Positions 60,146 through 64,000 of a DNA stretch of 64,000 bases are shown here, piece by piece (positions within the stretch are counted from its first letter, which is position 1; each line of letters starts with the position of its first letter). The notes under the pieces were generated by a model. The model searched no databases. It saw nothing but the letters and a program-made list of their open reading frames with translations, and was not told where the DNA came from. The position numbers and the translations under genes were made by a program. Location: contig JBHGNT010000006.1 in assembly GCA_043228905.1 (NCBI GenBank), positions 11,532,001 through 11,596,000 on the forward strand. The letters run 5' to 3'. This DNA is from Azolla caroliniana. Its lineage: Eukaryota; Plantae; Polypodiophyta.

Positions 60146-60215
60146 GTAATCATGCCATGGTAGATCTCCGCACAGTTTATATAGGAATGAAAGTGTCATG
60201 TAAAGAAGATATCCA

Positions 60216-60288
60216 ACCGGCCTAGCTCAGATGGAAGAGCGCAAGGCTCTTAACCTTGTGGTCATGGGTTCGAGCCCCATGGTCGGCG
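60216..60288 (+). tRNA. tRNA-Lys(CUU) copy B2 (A1:C72 mismatch)
   Basis: Cloverleaf with intact A and B boxes. Confidence 0.75.
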
Positions 60289-60645
60289 GAATTCATGCCC
60301 TCTTGATAGATGTCCATCGAATCTACTAAAAGCAGAAGAAAGATTAAAGGAGATAGATAGAAGACAGGAGGAGAGAAAGTAGAAAGTGGTGTGAAGAAGA
60401 ATAGGAGAAAAAAGTAGATGAGGAAAGGTTTCTAGGAGTTTGCGAGATAGGAAATCAAATAGTTCTTAAGTTTTGAAATGCTATTTGAATTTTATCTAGT
60501 TTGTATTATGTCCATAATATAATATCATAACATTTTTTTCTCTTCCTCTACTCATTGCAAATTTTTTCTCTATACTCGCTTTCAATATGGAGCAAGCCAA
60601 ATATATACTCGCTCGTGACTGTTGGTTCGAGCACCAACACATCTA

Positions 60646-60719
60646 GCCGGCTTAGCTCAGAGGGAAGAGCGCAAGGCTCTTTAACTTTGTGTTCATGGGT
60701 TTGATTCCCTTGGTCGGCG
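60646..60719 (+). pseudogene. tRNA-Lys derivative A3 with 8-nt anticodon loop
   Basis: As A2; T loop TTTGATT. Confidence 0.7.
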
Positions 60720-60789
60720 GTAATCATTGCATGGTAGATCTCCGCACAGTTTATATAGGAATGAAAGTGTCATGTACAGAAGATATCTA

Positions 60790-60862
60790 GCCGGCCTAGC
60801 TCAGATGGAAGAGCGCAAGGCTCTTAACCTTGTGGTCATGGGTTCGAGCCCCATGGTCGGCG
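60790..60862 (+). tRNA. tRNA-Lys(CUU) copy B3, intact
   Basis: GCCGGCC TA GCTC AGATGGAA GAGC G CAAGG CTCTTAA CCTTG TGGTC ATGGG TTCGAGC CCCAT GGTCGGC G. Confidence 0.9.
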
Positions 60863-61307
60863 GAATTCATACCCTCTTGATAGATGTCCATCGAATCTAC
60901 TAAAAGCAGAAACAAGGTTAAAGGAGATAAAGCGGGGATGAAAAACTTGTAAAAATAGCATCAAAAAGAGAGGAAAGAGGAAGAATAAGAAGATCATAAG
61001 AAGTGACAAGACCTTGGATAGAAGGCGGGAGGAGAGAAAGTAGAAAGTGGTGCGAAGAAGAATAGGAGAAAAAAGTAGATGAAGAAAGGATTTCTAGAAG
61101 TTTGCGAGGTAGGAAATCAAATAGTTCTTTAGTTTTGAAATGCTATTTGAATTTTATCTAGTTTGTATTATCTCCATAATATAATATCATAGCATTTTTT
61201 TCTCTTCCTCTACTCATTGCAATTTTTTTCTCTATACTCGCTTTGAATATGGAGCAAGCCAAATATATACTCGCTCGTGACCGTTGGTTCGAGCACCAAC
61301 ACATCTA

Positions 61308-61381
61308 GCCGGCTTAGCTCAGAGGGGAGAGCGCAAGGCTCTTTAACTTTGTGTTCATGGGTTGGATTCCCTTGGTCGGCG
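61308..61381 (+). pseudogene. tRNA-Lys derivative A4 with 8-nt anticodon loop
   Basis: As A2. Confidence 0.7.
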
Positions 61382-61451
61382 GTAATCATTGCATGGTAGA
61401 TCTCCGCACAGTTTATATAGGAATGAAAGTGTCATGTAAAGAAGATATCTA

Positions 61452-61524
61452 GCCGGCCTAGTTCAGATGGAAGAGCGCAAGGCTCTTAACCTTGTGGTCA
61501 TGGGTAAGAGCCCCATGGTCGGCG
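61452..61524 (+). pseudogene. tRNA-Lys(CUU) copy B4 with disrupted T loop (TAAGAGC)
   Basis: B box mutated. Confidence 0.75.
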
Positions 61525-61969
61525 GAATTCATACCCTCTTGATCGATGTCCATCGAATCTACTAAAAGCAGAAACAAGGTTAAAGGAGATAAAGCGAGGA
61601 TGAAAAACTTGTAAAAATAGCATCAAAAAGAGAGGAAAGAGGAAGAATAAGAAGATCATAAGAAGTGACAAGACCTTGGATAGAAGGCAGGAGGAGAGAA
61701 AGTAGAAAGTGGTGCGAAGAAGAATAGGAGAAAAAAGTAGATGAAGAAAGGATTTCTAGAAGTTTGCGAGGTAGGAAATCAAATAGTTCTTTTGTTTTGA
61801 AATGCTATTTGAATTTTATCTAGTTTGTATTATCTCCATAATATAATATCATAGCATTTTTTTCTCTTCCTCTACTCATTGCAATTTTTTTCTCTATACT
61901 CGCTTTGAATATGGAGCAAGCCAAATATATAATCGCTCGTGACCGTTGGTTCGAGCACCAACACATCTA

Positions 61970-62043
61970 GCCGGCTTAGCTCAGAGGGAAGAGCGCAAGG
62001 CTCTTTAACTTTGTGTTCATGGGTTGGATTCCCTTGGTCGGCG
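61970..62043 (+). pseudogene. tRNA-Lys derivative A5 with 8-nt anticodon loop
   Basis: As A2. Confidence 0.7.
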
Positions 62044-62113
62044 GTAATCATTGCATGGTAGATCTCCGCACAGTTTATATAGGAATGAAAGTGTCATGTA
62101 AAGAAGACATCTA

Positions 62114-62186
62114 GCCGGCCTAGCTTAGATGGAAGAGCGCAAGGCTCTTAACCTTGTGGTCATGGGTTCCAGCACCATGGTCGGCG
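62114..62186 (+). pseudogene. tRNA-Lys(CUU) copy B5 with T-arm mutations
   Basis: GGGTTCCAGCACC. Confidence 0.72.
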
Positions 62187-62544
62187 GAATTCATGCCCTC
62201 CTTATAGATGTCCATCTAATCTACTAAAAGCAGAAGAAAGGTTAAAGGAGATAGATAGAAGGCAGGAGGAGAGAAAGTAGAAACTGGTGCGAAGAAGAAT
62301 AGGAGAAAAAAGTAGATGAGGAAAGGATTTCTAGGAGTTTGCGAGATAGGAAATCAAATAGTTCTTTAGTTTTGAAATGCTATTTGAATTCTATCTAGTT
62401 TGTAGTATCTCCATAATATAATATCATAGCATTTTTTTCTCTTCCTCTACTCATTGCAAATTTTTTCTCTATACTCACTTTCAATATGGAGCAAGCCAAA
62501 TATATACTCGCTCGTGACCATTGGTTCGACCACCAACACATCTA

Positions 62545-62618
62545 GCCGGCTTAGCTCAGAGGGAAGAGCGCAAGGCTCTTTAACTTTGTGTTCATGGGTT
62601 GGATTCCCTTGGTCGGCG
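62545..62618 (+). pseudogene. tRNA-Lys derivative A6 with 8-nt anticodon loop
   Basis: As A2. Confidence 0.7.
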
Positions 62619-62688
62619 GTAATCATTCCATGGTAGATCTCCGCACAGTTTATATAGGAATGAAAGTGTCATGTAAAGAAGATATCTA

Positions 62689-62761
62689 GCCGGCCTAGCT
62701 CAGATGGAAGAGCGCAAGGCTCTTAACCTTGTGGTCATGGGTTCGAGCCCCATGGTTGGCG
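62689..62761 (+). tRNA. tRNA-Lys(CUU) copy B6 (G4:U69 wobble)
   Basis: Intact cloverleaf and boxes. Confidence 0.85.
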
Positions 62762-63206
62762 GAATTCATACCCTCTTGATAGATGTCCATCGAATCTACT
62801 AAAAGCAGAAACAAGTTTAAAGGAGATAAAGCGGGGATGAAAAACTTGTAAAAATAGCATCAAAAAGAGAGGAAAGAGGAAGAATAAGAAGATCATCAGA
62901 AGTGACAAGACCTTGGATAGAAGGCGGGAGGAGAGAAAGAAGAAAGTGGTGCGAAGAAGAATAGGAGAAAAAAGTAGATGAAGAAAGGATTTCTAGGAGT
63001 TTTCGAGATAGGAAATCAAATAGTTCTTTAGTTTTGAAATGCTATTTGAATTTTATCTAGTTTGTATTATCTCCATAATATAATATCATAGCATTTTTTT
63101 CTCTTCCTCTACTCATGGCAATTTTTTTCTCTATACTCGCTTTCAATATGAAGCAAGCCAAGACTGTACTCGCTCGTGACCGCTGGTTCGAGCACCAACA
63201 CATCTA

Positions 63207-63280
63207 GCCGGCTTAGCTCAGAGGGAAGAGTGCAAGGTTCTTTAACTTTGTGTTCATGGGTTGGATTCCCTTGATCAGCG
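63207..63280 (+). pseudogene. tRNA-Lys derivative A7 with 8-nt loop and extra mutations
   Basis: CAAGG TTCTTTAA CTTTG. Confidence 0.68.
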
Positions 63281-63350
63281 GGATTCATGCCATGGTAGAT
63301 CTCCGCACAGTTTATATAGGAATGAAAGTGTCATGTAAAGAAGATATCCA

Positions 63351-63423
63351 GCCGGCCTAGCTCAGATGGAAGAGCGCAAGGCTCTTAACCTTGTGGTCAT
63401 GGGTTCGAGCCCCATGGTCGGCG
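63351..63423 (+). tRNA. tRNA-Lys(CUU) copy B7, intact
   Basis: Same sequence as B3. Confidence 0.9.
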
Positions 63424-63779
63424 GAATCATGCCCTCTTGATAGATGTCCATCGAATCTACTAAAAGCAGAAGAAAGGTTAAAGGAGATAGATAGAAGGCA
63501 GGAGGAGAGAAAGTAGAAAGTGGTGCGAAGAAGAATAGGAGAAAAATGTAGATGAAGAAAGGATTTCTAGGAGTTTCGTGATAGGAAATCAAATAGTTCT
63601 TTAGTTTTGAAATGCTATTTGAATTTTATCTAGTTTGTATTATCTCCATAATATAATATCATAGCATTTTTTTCTCTTCCTCTACTCATTGCAATTTTTT
63701 TCTCTATACTCGCTTTCAATATGAAGCAAGCCAAAACTATACTCGCTTGTGACCGCTGGTTCGAGCACCAACACATCTA

Positions 63780-63855
63780 GCCGGCTTAGCTCAGAGGGAA
63801 AAGAGCGCAAGGCTCTTTAACTTTGTGTTCATGGGTTAGATTCCATTGGTCGGCG
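63780..63855 (+). pseudogene. tRNA-Lys derivative A8 with 8-nt loop and D-loop insertion
   Basis: GGGAAAAGAGC; T loop TTAGATT. Confidence 0.68.
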
Positions 63856-63925
63856 GTAATCATGCAATGGTATATCTCCGCACAGTTTATATAGGAATGA
63901 AAGTGTCATGTAAAGAAGATATCTA

Positions 63926-63998
63926 GCCGGCCTAGCTCAGATGGAAGAGCGCAAGGCTCTTAACCTTGTGGTCATGGGTTCGAGCCCCATGGTCGGCG
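63926..63998 (+). tRNA. tRNA-Lys(CUU) copy B8, intact
   Basis: Same sequence as B3. Confidence 0.9.
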
Positions 63999-64000
63999 GA

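Larger units (their letters stand above)
59182..64000 (+). repeat. Tandem array of tRNA-Lys-containing units (662-bp and ~574-bp variants, at least 8 units, running off the window)
   Basis: Upstream tRNA copy starts at 59410, 60072, 60646, 61308, 61970, 62545, 63207 and 63780. Confidence 0.97.

Noticed and set aside
62454-63592. Short ORFs in the tRNA array
   Set aside because: Open in single units only; the homologous frames in other units are closed.
59182-64000. Array read as tandem SINE copies
   Set aside because: No poly(A) or simple-repeat tails and no TSDs; the tRNA parts end exactly at the discriminator base. Not fully excluded.

Overview
This is eukaryotic plant DNA, probably from a non-seed plant (inferred from a Tcn1-like chromovirus and plant-type tRNA sequences). 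I see no host protein-coding genes. Bases 1-59180 are a deeply nested LTR-retrotransposon cluster. It holds at least five copies or fragments of one unusual Ty3/gypsy lineage, one of which is intact and young (41481-48610). That lineage has a tRNA-Trp PBS, a Gag-protease ORF1 with a D-H-G catalytic motif, a -1 frameshift at G GAU UUU followed by a covarying pseudoknot, and 4-bp target duplications always centred on CpG. The cluster also holds a self-priming chromovirus, an Athila/OTA-like gypsy element with an extra 3' ORF, and five Ty1/copia elements from two lineages. Most boundaries are fixed by TG..CA LTR ends and target-site duplications. From about 59182 to the window end lies a tandem array of 662/574-bp units. 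Each unit carries a structurally intact tRNA-Lys(CUU) variant, an upstream tRNA-Lys derivative with an 8-nt anticodon loop (CUUU), and a third tRNA relic. The most notable signals are this tRNA array, the CpG-centred integration of the Trp-primed gypsy lineage, and tRNA-like A/B-box modules lying antisense inside LTRs of unrelated gypsy elements. All coordinates were read by eye and may be off by a few bases.
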